Assembly: GCA_963733175.1 (NCBI GenBank)
Contig: CAVTCL010000003.1
Span: 11,640 to 75,639, forward strand
Reading direction: 5' to 3'
From: an uncultured Actinomycetota bacterium
GTDB taxonomy: Bacteria > Actinomycetota > CALGFH01
DNA: 64,000 bases
Shown here: positions 10,100 to 19,924 of the stretch, piece by piece
How the letters are laid out: the number at the start of each line of letters is the position of its first letter
How positions within the stretch are numbered: the stretch's first letter is position 1
Program-made: the position numbers and the translations under genes
The notes under the pieces: model-generated
What the model was told of the DNA's origin: nothing
What the model saw: the letters and a program-made list of their open reading frames with translations, nothing else
Database searches by the model: none

Positions 10100-11185
10100 G
10101 CTTCGTGCGCTGGCTGGACGGCTACGACCCGGCCGAGCGGGCCCGCCTGGGGGGCAAGAACGCCAGCCTGGGGGAGCTGCTGGCGGCCGGGCTGCCGGTG
10201 CCGCCCGGGTTCGCGGTCACCGTCGACGCCTACCACACCGTCCGCGGCCACCCCGAGGTCCGCCGGGCCGTCACCGGGCTGCTGGGCGAGGTCGACCTGG
10301 CCGACCCGGCCGCCCTGGAGGAGCTGAGCGCCGCCATCCGCCGCCGCATCGAGGAGGTCCCCCTGCACGACGGCGTGGCCGCCGAGGTCCGCGCCGCCTA
10401 CCAGGAGCTGTGCGAGCGCTGCGCCGGCGAGGCGGTGCCGGTGGCGGTGCGCTCCTCGGCCACCTCCGAGGACCTGCCCGACGCCAGCTTCGCCGGCGAG
10501 CACGACACCTACCTGTGGGTCCGCGGCCCCGACGACGTGCTCGCCCACCTCACCCGCTGCTGGTCGAGCCTGTTCACCGCCAGGGCGATCGCCTACCGGC
10601 GCGAGCGGGGCTACGACCACGACGTGGTCGCCATGTCGGTCGGGGTCCAGAAGATGGTCCGCCCCACCGCCTCGGGGGTGGCCTTCACCCTCAACCCCCG
10701 CGACGGCGACCGCTCCCAGGTCGCGGTCGAGTCCGCCTGGGGCTTCGGCGAGGGCATCGTGTCCGGCGAGGTCACCCCCGACAGCTTCCTGGTCGACAAG
10801 GTCCTTGGCGAGATCGTGCAGCGCACCATCTCCGACAAGGCGGTCGAGTACCGGCTGGGCGACGGCGACCGGGTCGAGCGGGCGCCGGTCGACCAGGACC
10901 AGGCGGACCGCCCCCAGCCTCACCGACGACCAGGTCAAGGCGGTGGCCCGCCTGGCCCGCCAGGCCGAGCGGCACTACCGCCGCCCCCAGGACGTGGAGT
11001 GGGCGCTGGACGGCGACCTGCCCGCCGGGCAGGCCGTGACCCTGCTCCAGGCCCGGCCGGAGACGGTCTGGAGCCGCAAGGCGGCCACGCCGGTCGCCAC
11101 CGCCGCCGACCCGATGGCCAGCATCGTGGCCACCCTCGTGTCGCCGCTGCACGCACGTGAAGCTTCGGACCAGCCCGGGCCCTGA
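10096..11185 (+). CDS. PEP-utilising enzyme N-terminal ATP/nucleotide-binding domain protein (PPDK_N; phenylphosphate synthase PpsB-like), copy 1, apparent frameshift
   Basis: VSFVRWLDGYDPAERARLGGKNASLGELL...VRSSATSEDLPDASFAGEHDTYLWV...MSVGVQKMVRPTASGVAFTLNP; the C-terminal ..LTDDQVKAVARLARQAERHYRRPQDVEWALDG...LLQARPETVWS is in another frame from about 10911 (C5 run). Confidence 0.75.
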
Positions 11186-11213
11186 CCCGGGCATCGACGG
11201 AAAGGACACGGCC

Positions 11214-13032
11214 ATGGCGGACCGGTTCCCGAGCCCCTTCGAGATCGAGACCCCGGCGGGGGCCGAGGGGTGGCAGGAGCTGTACACCTACTCGCTGCCG
11301 TTCTCGACCGACCGGCGCGAGTACGAGGACTCGATGTTCTGGTTCCAGGACGGGGTCCACTGGCCGGCGGTCATGAGCCCCTGGGACGCCACCTTCTACG
11401 AGTTCGCCCTGGCCTCGCTGTCGCAGTACAACACCCGCCACTACCTGATCCCGCCGGCCCTCGGGGTCGACTTCCGGGTGCTCAACGGCTACGCCTACCT
11501 GTCCCCGGTCGGGGTCGCCGACCCGGCCGAGATCGAGGCCAGGGTCCCCCACTTCCTGGAGCGGGCCGGCTTCTACTTCCAGAACTGGGCGACGCTGTAC
11601 GAGCAGTGGATGGGCAAGATCCGCGGGCTGATCGGCGAGATGGAGGCGCTCAGCTTCGAGCCGCTGCCCGACAAGGAGGACCTGGCCGTGGTCACCGAGG
11701 GCCGCGGCATGGGCTCGGGGTTCGAGCTCCAGCGCAGCTACCACCGGCTGGTCGACCTGGCCCTGCAGCTGTGGCAGTACCACTTCGAGTTCCTCAACCT
11801 CGGCTACGCCGCCTACCTGGACTTCTTCGGCTTCTGCAAGCAGGCCTTCCCCAGCATCCCCGACCTGGCCATCGCCAAGATGGTCGCCGGGGTCGAGGTC
11901 GACCTGTTCCAGCCCGACGAGGAGCTGAAGAAGCTGGCCCGCCTGGCCGTCGACTCCGGCGTCGGCGACGCCTTCGACCGGCCCTCGGCCGCCGAGGTGA
12001 TCGAGGCCCTGCGGGCCAGCGACGCCGGGCAGGCGTGGCTGTCGCAGTGGGAGGCGTCGGCCCAGCCGTGGTTCAACTTCTCGGCCGGCAGCGGCTTCTA
12101 CCACACCGACGAGGTGTGGCTGGAGCACCTGGAGATCCCGTTCGGGTTCGTGCGCGACTACATCGCCAAGCTCCGCGACGGGGTCGACATCAGCCGTCCC
12201 ATCGACGCCATCCGGGCCGAGCGCGACCGGATCGTCGGCGAGTACGGCGAGCTGCTGGCCACCGACGAGGACCGGGCCGCCTTCGAGCAGAAGCTCGGCC
12301 TGGCCCGGGTGGTGTTCCCCTATGTCGAGAACCACAACTTCTACGTCGAGCACTGGAGCCACTCGGTGCTGTGGCGCAAGATGCGCCAGCTCGGCGGCGT
12401 CCTGGCCAAGGAGGGCTTCTTCGGCGGCGAGGACGACATCTTCCTGCTCAAGCGGGACGAGGTCCCCGAGGCGCTGTGGGACTACTACAGCGCCTGGGCG
12501 GTCGGGACCCAGCCGCGCGGCCCGGCCTACTGGGGCCGGGAGCTGGAGCGGCGCCGGGGCATCCTGACCGCGCTGCGGTCCTGGTCGCCCCCGCCCGCCC
12601 TCGGCCGGCCGCCCGAGGTCGTGACCGAGCCGTTCACCATCATGCTCTGGGGCATCACCGGCGAGAGCGTCAAGCAGTGGCTGGGGGCCGGCGACGGCGC
12701 CGGCGACGGCACCCTCAAGGGCTTCGCCGCCTCCCCGGGGGTGGCCGAGGGGCCGGCCCGGGTGATCTTCTCGGCCGACCAGATCGGCGAGATCCAGGCG
12801 GGCGAGATCCTGGTCGCCCCCCTGACCGCGCCCGAGCTGGGCGCCCATCTTCGGCAAGATCGGGGCCACCGTGACCGACGTCGGCGGGATGATGGCCCAT
12901 GCCGCCATCGTCTGCCGCGAGTACGGGCTGCCGGCGGTGACCGGCACCGCCTTCGGGACCAAGACGATCAAGACCGGCCAGCGCATCCGCGTGGACGGCA
13001 ACCAGGGCACCGTCACCATCCTGGAACCGTAA
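11214..13032 (+). CDS. PEP-utilising enzyme with C-terminal mobile (swivel His) domain (PpsA-like), copy 1, apparent frameshift
   Basis: MADRFPSPFEIETPAGAEGWQELYTYSLPF...; C-terminal GFAASPGVAEGPARVIF...EILVAPLTAPE then a frame change at about 12845 to ..IFGKIGATVTDVGGMMAHAAIVCREYGLPAVTGT...VDGNQGTVTILEP; good Shine-Dalgarno (gaaagga) 8 nt upstream. Confidence 0.8.
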
Positions 13033-13044
13033 GGAGGCCGTTGC

Positions 13045-14295
13045 ATGCTGACCGCCGAGCAGAACGCCGAGCTGACCCGGGTCGGGCCGGGGACGCCCAT
13101 GGGCGAGCTCCTGCGCCGCTACTGGTACCCGGTGGCCTTCACCCGCCAGCTCGAGGAGTTCCCGGTGAAGCGGGTGCGGCTGCTCGGCGAGGACTGGGCC
13201 CTGTACAAGACCCCGGACGGGTCCTACGGGGTGGTCGAGGAGCACTGCCCCCACCGGCGGGCGTCGCTGGCCTACGGGGTGGTCGAGCCCGAGGGCCTGC
13301 GCTGCGGCTACCACGGCTGGCTGTTCGGCCGCGACGGGACCTGCCTGGACCAGCCGGCCGAGCTCGACAAGACCTCGTTCAAGGACCGGGTCCGGGCCCG
13401 GGCGGGCCGGGCCCAGGAGCTGGGCGGCATGGTCTGGGTGTACGTGGGCCCGGAGCCGGCGCCGCTGCTGCCCCGCTACGACGTGTACGTGATGGACGGG
13501 GTGCGCGACTTCGGCCACGCCCTGCTGCCCTGCAACTGGCTGCAGATCATGGAGAACGCCGTCGACCCCCACCATGTCGAGTGGCTGCACGGCCGCTACT
13601 TCGAGTTCCTCGGCAACCGGATGGGGTTCGAGGCCCCCAAGTCGTTCCAGCGCCGCCACGTCAAGGTCGCCTTCGACGAGTTCGACCACGGCATCATCAA
13701 GCGCCGGCTGCTGGAGGGCCACAGCGAGGACGACGACGACTGGGCCATCGGCCACCCGATGGTGTTCCCCTACTGCATGCGGGTCGGGGGCGCCGGCATC
13801 GAGCAGATGCAGATCCGGGTGCCGGTCGACGACACCACCACCTGGTTCGTGCTCTACACGGTCCACGCCCCCGAGGGGGCACCTGCCCCCGACCAGGCCG
13901 CCATCCCCGACTACGAGCTGCCCTGGCGCGACGAGCAGGGCAACCACATCGTCGACTACGTCGAGGGCCAGGACATCATGGCCTGGGTCACCCAGGGCCC
14001 GATCACCGACCGGACGGTCGAGCACCTCGGCAAGTCGGACGTGGGCATCGCCATGCTCCGCAAGCAGTTCAAGCAGCAGCTGGCCGCGGTGGCGGCCGGC
14101 CGCGACCCGATCGCCGTGGTCCGCGACCCGGCGGCCAACGCCCGCATCGACCTGCCGTGCGAGAAGAACAAGTTCGGCGCCGGAGCCGACTTCGCCCTCC
14201 AGTGGATGAACCTCGGCTTCACCCGGTACTCGCCGCAGCTCCAGGACCTGCTGCGCCTCCACACCGAGGCGGCCGAGGTCCGGGCCGATGCCTGA
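13045..14295 (+). CDS. Rieske non-heme iron aromatic-ring-hydroxylating oxygenase, alpha subunit
   Basis: CPHRRASLAYG...CGYHGW Rieske motif plus a mononuclear-iron domain (..NAVDPHHVEWLHG..); 416 aa; aaggagg Shine-Dalgarno; no beta subunit or reductase nearby. Confidence 0.85.
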   Translation: MLTAEQNAELTRVGPGTPMGELLRRYWYPVAFTRQLEEFPVKRVRLLGEDWALYKTPDGSYGVVEEHCPHRRASLAYGVVEPEGLRCGYHGWLFGRDGTCLDQPAELDKTSFKDRVRARAGRAQELGGMVWVYVGPEPAPLLPRYDVYVMDGVRDFGHALLPCNWLQIMENAVDPHHVEWLHGRYFEFLGNRMGFEAPKSFQRRHVKVAFDEFDHGIIKRRLLEGHSEDDDDWAIGHPMVFPYCMRVGGAGIEQMQIRVPVDDTTTWFVLYTVHAPEGAPAPDQAAIPDYELPWRDEQGNHIVDYVEGQDIMAWVTQGPITDRTVEHLGKSDVGIAMLRKQFKQQLAAVAAGRDPIAVVRDPAANARIDLPCEKNKFGAGADFALQWMNLGFTRYSPQLQDLLRLHTEAAEVRADA

Positions 14296-14551
14296 GGCGG
14301 ACCTGCTGCCGGAGGACCCGCACCCCCTGCCGCCGCCCACCGCCTGGTTCGCCCGCGACGCCGAGCGCCACCTGCTGGACGCCCCCCGCCACTGCCCCCG
14401 CTGCGGCGCCGCCATCGGCGGTCCCGACGGCCTGGTGGTCGAGTACTGGGCGGCCGACGACCGCGTCTTCTACTGCTGGTGCCGCTCCTGCGACTGGACC
14501 GGCACCGTGGTCCAGGTCGACCGCCACATCGGCCACGAGGCGGCCGACTAG
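14288..14551 (+). CDS. small zinc-ribbon-like hypothetical protein
   Basis: 87 aa with CPRCGAA...CWCRSC (two CxxC pairs); ATG overlaps the oxygenase stop (ATGCCTGA). Confidence 0.4.
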   Translation: MPEADLLPEDPHPLPPPTAWFARDAERHLLDAPRHCPRCGAAIGGPDGLVVEYWAADDRVFYCWCRSCDWTGTVVQVDRHIGHEAAD

Positions 14552-14809
14552 GGAGCGGGTCGGGTATCCGGGTTGAGGGGACTTGGATGGCCGGCGTCGG
14601 GTAGGGCCGGGGGCCGTCGGGTCCGGTGCGGGTGGAGCTGGGCAGCGGTCGGGTCGGGACTGGCACGGTCGGGCCCCATGCAGTTGCCTGGCACGGGGGT
14701 TGGCCTCGACCCGGCGGGCACGCTGCGACGACCCGGCTCGGTGGGAGAAGTTGTCCCCAGATGTGGTTGTGGTGCTTGCCTTGGAGTGAGGGGCTGATAG
14801 GTTGCTCCC

Positions 14810-16157
14810 ATGGACTCGAACACACATTCGACCAGCCAGCCGACCGGGACACCAGCGGGGTTGTCGGCGCTGGTCGCCGAGCTCCAAGAGCTGGCCGACC
14901 AGGACCCGGACCGGCTGGCCGACGGCGCCCGGGCCGAGCGGGTCATGGTGTTGCGACAGCTGGTCGAGCGCCTGGAAGGCCACTGGCTGGCCGAACTGGC
15001 CGCCTGGACGCCCGCGGGGCCGCCGGCGCCGAGCAGGGCGTCCAGGCCGGCTCCACCGCCGGCTGGCTGCGCCACCGGCTGCGCATGAGCGCCGGCACCG
15101 CCGCCAGCTTGCGTCCGGACCGCCCGGGCGCTGTACCGCGGCCCCCTGACCCGGCACCGGCCAGGCCCTGGCCGACGGGGAGCCATCTCCCCGGCCCACG
15201 CCCAGGTGCTGGCCGCCGGCACCCAGGATCTGCCCGACCAGGTCACCGCCGAGGCCGAACCGGTCCTGCTGGAGGCGGCCCGGCGGCTGGACCCACCCCG
15301 GCTGCGACGAGCCATCGCCCACCTGCGCCTGGTGGCCGACCCCGACGGCGCCGACGCACCAGGCCGAACGGCGCCACAGCAGCGGGGGCTGTGGCTGTCG
15401 CCGACCTGGGAGGGCATGGTCGCCGTCAACGGGCTGCTGGACCCCGAGGCCGGCCAGACCCTGCTGGCCGCCCTGGAGCCGTTGGCCCGCCCCACCAACG
15501 CCGACGACACCCGCAGCGGGTGGCCAGCGCCGGGCCGATGCCCTCACCGAGCTGGCCCGCCGCACCCTGGAAGCCGGCCAGCTCCCCCAGAGCGGTGGGG
15601 TCCGGCCCCAGCTGCTGGTGACCGTGGACCTGGACAGCCTCCTCGGCCACCCCGGACTGGGCTGGGCGGGGAGGCCGGCGGGCCCTGGCCGCTGGACCCC
15701 GAGACCTGCCGGCGGCTGGCCTGCGACGGCGCCGTCACCCGGGTGCTGGTCACCCGCCACCGGACCCACCACCACCAGGACCCCGGCGGCGATGGGCAGC
15801 CTGGCCGGCCGGCTCCAGGCGGCGGCGACCCGGCTCCCCCCGGCCCTTGGCGGCGCCCCCACCCAACCGCTGGAGGTCGGCCGCACCAGCCGGGTCGTCA
15901 CCGCCGCCCAACGGGCCGCCCTGGTCGTCCGCGACGGCGGCTGTGCGGTGCCCGGCTGCGACCGGCCCCCGGCCTGGTGCGAAGCCCACCATCTCCGCCA
16001 CTGGCTCCATGGCGGCCCCACCGACCTGGCCAACCTGGCCTTGCTGTGCCGGGCCCACCATCGCGCGGTCCACGAGGGCGGCTGGCGGCTCACCCGCGGC
16101 CCGGACGGCCGGCTGGCCGCCACCCCACCGCATCGAAAACACCGTGCCGCGGCCTGA
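14810..16157 (+). pseudogene. HNH endonuclease / DUF222 (13E12-repeat family) gene disrupted by several frameshifts
   Basis: Pieces are spread over three frames: ..LVAELQELADQDPDRLADGARAERVMVLRQLVERLEGHWLAELAAW / LDARGAAGAEQG..AGWLRHRLRMSAGTAASL / ..ISPAHAQVLAAGTQDLPDQVTAEAEPVLLEAARRLDPPRLRRAIAHLRLVADPDG / ..VRDGGCAVPGCDRPPAWCEAHHLRHWLHGGPTDLANLALLCRAHHRAVHEGGWRL (HNH motif). Confidence 0.65.
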
Positions 16158-16215
16158 CCCGGCGACCCGACAACCGCACCTGACCCGCGACCCCGCCCAT
16201 GACCGAACTCCGGCC

Positions 16216-16920
16216 CTAGCGGGGGTCGCGCCGGAGTCGCCGGCGGGTGACGAACACGTACTCCCGGCTGTCGTCGGCGAACGGCTCGCGGGCGAAGCCG
16301 CCGTACAGCGCCTCCAGCTCCAGGCCGGCGATGTCGATGAGCCCGAGCCACTCGTTCCTGGTCGCCCACCACAGCGAACTCCTCGCGCCGTCGTCGCGGA
16401 CGATGTCGACCCGGTTGTCCCCGACCGCGTAGCGGATCGTGTGCGGTACCGGCTCGTCCTGGTGCTCGCCGTCCAGGCGGGCCGCGATCCGGTGGTCGAA
16501 GGCGAAGGCGTTCCAGGCGAACCGCCCGCCCGGCCGGAGGCAGGCGGCGACCCGCTCGAAGGTGCGGCGGCGGTCGGCCCAGGTCGGCAGGTGCAGGAGC
16601 GCCCGGAACGGGCAGTAGATCAGCGCCGCCGGCTCGTCCAGGGCGAGGTCGCGCATGTCGCCCTCGCGCAGGTCGAGCTCCACGCCCGCCTCGGCCGCGC
16701 GGGCCCGGGCCTGGGCGAGCATCGCCGGCGAGGAGTCGATGCCGATGACCCGCCGGCCGGTCGCCTGCGCGACCGGGATCGCGACCCGCCCGTTCCCGAT
16801 CGCCAGCTCGACCAGCGGCCCGTCCGCCTCGCGGGCCAGCTCGACGTAGAAGCCGACGTCGGCCGTCATGTGCGCCGACCATTCCTCGTAGTGGTTCGCG
16901 AACGCCTCGTCCCAGCTCAT
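16216..16920 (-). CDS. class I SAM-dependent methyltransferase
   Basis: ..VLELAIGNGRVAIPVA...IGIDSSPAML... Rossmann motif I; 234 aa. Confidence 0.7.
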   Translation of the reverse strand: MSWDEAFANHYEEWSAHMTADVGFYVELAREADGPLVELAIGNGRVAIPVAQATGRRVIGIDSSPAMLAQARARAAEAGVELDLREGDMRDLALDEPAALIYCPFRALLHLPTWADRRRTFERVAACLRPGGRFAWNAFAFDHRIAARLDGEHQDEPVPHTIRYAVGDNRVDIVRDDGARSSLWWATRNEWLGLIDIAGLELEALYGGFAREPFADDSREYVFVTRRRLRRDPR

Positions 16921-17012
16921 CGGCCCATGTTCCCATGCGCGACCGGCGGGCGGTCGCGGCGGGCGCCGCACCCGTTGACTGGTGACGGGGCGAGGGGCAG
17001 ATTACGGCCGAC

Positions 17013-18421
17013 ATGGCGGTCATCGATCCAGGTGCCCTGCGCGCGCTCCGGCGTCGGTTCGGAGGGCGGGTCCTGGGTCCCGACGACCCCGGGTATCGCG
17101 ACGCGCGCCGCGTCTGGAACGCGATGGTGGACCGGCGTCCGGCGGTCATCGCCAGGTGCGGCAGCCGGGAGGACGTGGTCGCGGCCATCTCCTTCGCCCG
17201 CCAGACCGGGCTCGAGGTGGCGGTGCGCAGCGGCGGTCACAGCGTCTCGGGCCACTCCTCCACCGACGGCGGCATCGTCATCGACTTGACCGAGATGCGC
17301 ACCGTCACGGTGGACCCCGAGGCGCGCGTCGCCAGGGTGGACGGGGGTGCGCTCCTGTGCCACCTGGACGCCGGGACCCAGCGGTTCGGGCTGGCCACCA
17401 CCGGGGGATGGTGTCCCACACCGGCGTCGGCGGGCTGACCCTCGGCGGCGGGTACGGCTACCTGTCCCGGCGGTTCGGGCTGGCCTGCGACAACCTGCTC
17501 GCCGCCGAGGTGGTGCTGGCCGACGGGACGGTCACCGTGGCCAGCGACTCCAGCGAGCCCGACCTGTTCTGGGGGCTCCGGGGCGGCGGGGGCAACTTCG
17601 GGGTCGTCACCCGCTTCGAGTTCCGCCTGCACCCCGTCGGGCCGGCCGTCTTCTCCGCCGACCTCACCTTCGCGGCCGACGACGGCCCGGCGGTCCTGCG
17701 CGCCTTCCGCGACCTCGCCCTCGGGCGGCAGGACATCGTCAGCGGCGCCTACGCCGGCGCGGTGTCCCGGTCCTGGGCCGGGTTCGACGACCTGGTCGGG
17801 CGGCCGATCGTGAGCGTGGACTTCACGGTGACGGGGCCGGACCCCGGCGAGGGCGCGGCCGTCGTGGCGTCGCTGCGGAGCGTCGCCACCCCGCTCGCCG
17901 AGACCGTCGAGTCCCTGTCCTATGTCGAGCTCCAGTCCGCCGCCGGGGCGTCCTGGCGGCCGGGCACGTCGCGCTGCTACTGGAAGTCCTCGGTCTTCTC
18001 CGAGCTCCCCGACGGGCTGCTGGACGCCTTCGTCGAGCGTGGGGTGGCGTCGGCCGCCGTCTCCGAGGGCTGCGGCCTGGAGCTGGTCGCCGCCTTCGGT
18101 GGCGCCGTCTCGGAGGTGGGAGAGGACGACACCGCGTTCAGCCACCGCCACGCCCAGGTCGACTTCCTCGCCCTCGGGCGGTGGGACGACCCGGCCGACG
18201 ACGAGCTCCACATCGAGCTGTGCCGCCGGAACTGGGCGGCGCTGGCCCGGTTCTCCGACGCCGGCGTGTACGTCAACAACCTGGGGCAGGAGGACCGGGT
18301 GCGCGAGGCCTACGGCGAGGCGAAGTACCGGCGGCTGGTCGCCCTCAAGGACCGGTTCGACCCGGACAACCTGTTCCACCTCAACGCGAACATCCGGCCG
18401 TCCGCGGGCGCTCGCGGCTAG
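17013..18421 (+). CDS. FAD-binding oxidoreductase (VAO/PCMH / BBE-like), copy 1, apparent frameshift
   Basis: ..VIARCGSREDVVAAISFARQTGLEVAVRSGGHSVSGHS.. then a frame change at the G5 run (about 17405) to ..VSHTGVGGLTLGGGYGYLSRRFGLACDNLLAAEVVLADG...GGGGNFGVVTRFEF...; C-terminal BBE-like domain. Confidence 0.75.
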
Positions 18422-18924
18422 CGTCGGCGGTCGCGCCGGACCACCAGCTCCAGCTCGACCGCGAACCCGAGCGGGAGGGCGGCCACCCCGACCGCCGAGC
18501 GGGCATGGCGGCCGCGGTCGCCGAACAGCTCCACCAGCAGGGCCGAGGCGCCGTCGACCACGGCCGGGACGGCGGTGAAGCCGGGGGTGCAGGCGACGAA
18601 GCCGACCAGCTTGACGACCTGGCCCACCTGGTCCAGGTCGCCGAGGGCGTCGCGGGTCTGGGCGAGCAGGTTCAGCGCGCAGTCGCGGGCGGCCTTCTGG
18701 CCCTGCTCGACGGTGAGGTCGGCCCCGAGGCGGCCGACCCAGCCGTCGGCGCCCTGGCCGGACAGGAACAGCAGGTCGCCGGCTGACACCCAGCCCTCGT
18801 ACAGCCCGGCCCTTGGCCGCAGCGCCGGCAGCTCCAGGCCCAGCTCGGCCAGCCGCCGTTCCGGGCCGGGTCCCTCCGGTGGCCGGCCGCGGGGTGGGAC
18901 GGCGAACACCCGGCCCGGGCTCAT
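18418..18924 (-). CDS. RidA/YjgF/TdcF-family protein (enamine/imine deaminase); candidate 2-aminomuconate deaminase
   Basis: 168 aa ..LVGFVACTPGFTAVPAVVDGASALLVELFGDRGRHARSAVGVAALPLG..; the RidA fold. Confidence 0.7.
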   Translation of the reverse strand: MSPGRVFAVPPRGRPPEGPGPERRLAELGLELPALRPRAGLYEGWVSAGDLLFLSGQGADGWVGRLGADLTVEQGQKAARDCALNLLAQTRDALGDLDQVGQVVKLVGFVACTPGFTAVPAVVDGASALLVELFGDRGRHARSAVGVAALPLGFAVELELVVRRDRRR

Positions 18925-19526
18925 CGGACGCTGAACACCCGGCCGGGCCCGGGCGGCGGCGGGTCGGGGTCGAGCCCGAGACGGGCGAGCAGGGCGGCGA
19001 TCGAGCCGGCGGGGTCGCGGACCTCGAACAGCAGCGTCTGCATCCCGACGGCGGCGGCACCTTCCAGGTTGACCGCCAGGTCGTCCACGAACAGGCAGCG
19101 CCCGGGGGCCTCGCCGATCTCGGCCGCGGCCAGCCGGAACGCCTCCGGGTCGGGCTTGAGCACCCCCAGGCGGGCCGCCTCCACCACCTGGTCGAACCCG
19201 CCCAGCTCCGGGAACCGCCCCGGCCAGTCAGGCCCGAACCAGTGCGCCATGTCGTTGGTGAACGCCACCAGCCGGACCCGCCCGGCCAGCGCATCCACCG
19301 CCGCCCGGACCTCGCCCCGCACCCGCGAGCAGGCCCGCCACAGCGCCCCCACGTCCAGGTCGGGCCGCCGCTCGCCCAGCCGGGCCCAGTAGTCCCGCTC
19401 GGCCAGCTCCCCCCGCTCCACGGCCGCGTACTCGGCCTCCCCCCGGAACGGCCCCCCGGGAAACCCCGCCACCGCCACCGACTCGAACAGGGTCGGGATC
19501 ACCACCCCACCCATGTCCAGCAGCAC
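18921..19526 (-). CDS. HAD-superfamily hydrolase, paralog 2
   Basis: VLLDMGGVVIPTLFE...CLFVDDLAVNLEGAAAVGMQTLLF; similar to the HAD genes at 686 and 30605; the start (GTG vs ATG 19514) is uncertain. Confidence 0.65.
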   Translation of the reverse strand: MLLDMGGVVIPTLFESVAVAGFPGGPFRGEAEYAAVERGELAERDYWARLGERRPDLDVGALWRACSRVRGEVRAAVDALAGRVRLVAFTNDMAHWFGPDWPGRFPELGGFDQVVEAARLGVLKPDPEAFRLAAAEIGEAPGRCLFVDDLAVNLEGAAAVGMQTLLFEVRDPAGSIAALLARLGLDPDPPPPGPGRVFSVR

Positions 19527-19924
19527 CGCCGCCGGCGCCCGCCCCGCCCTCCCGGCCCGGCCCCCGGCCCTGGCCCCGGCGGCCCGCCACAGCGCCCGCC
19601 GCCGCCGCACCGCCCAGTCGTCCAGGTCCACCGGAGCCCCAGCCCGCGCGGCCCCGGGGTCGACCGCGCAGAGGTCACCCGAGGGTGCACCTGGGGGCCA
19701 TGCACCCAGAAGGTGCACCCACCGCTCCTCGGATTGCCGCCGCTACCCCCCCAAGGGGGAGCGTAGACGACCCCGGATCTGGGTCCGGGTGCTCGTCCAC
19801 AGCCCCCTGGGGTCCTGGCGACCCCGGACCCGGGTCCCGTTGCCTGTCCACGGGCCCATCGGGTCCCCGGGTTCTCCTGGGCCCTCCGGGTCCCTCGGCA
19901 GCGACCATCGATCCGGTCCGCGGC

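Noticed and set aside
14219-17188. A 989-aa minus-strand ORF covering the HNH pseudogene, methyltransferase and start of the FAD oxidase
   Set aside because: Low-complexity translation with no motifs. Real coding in this span is on the plus strand (HNH remnants, FAD oxidase) or is the 234-aa methyltransferase only.
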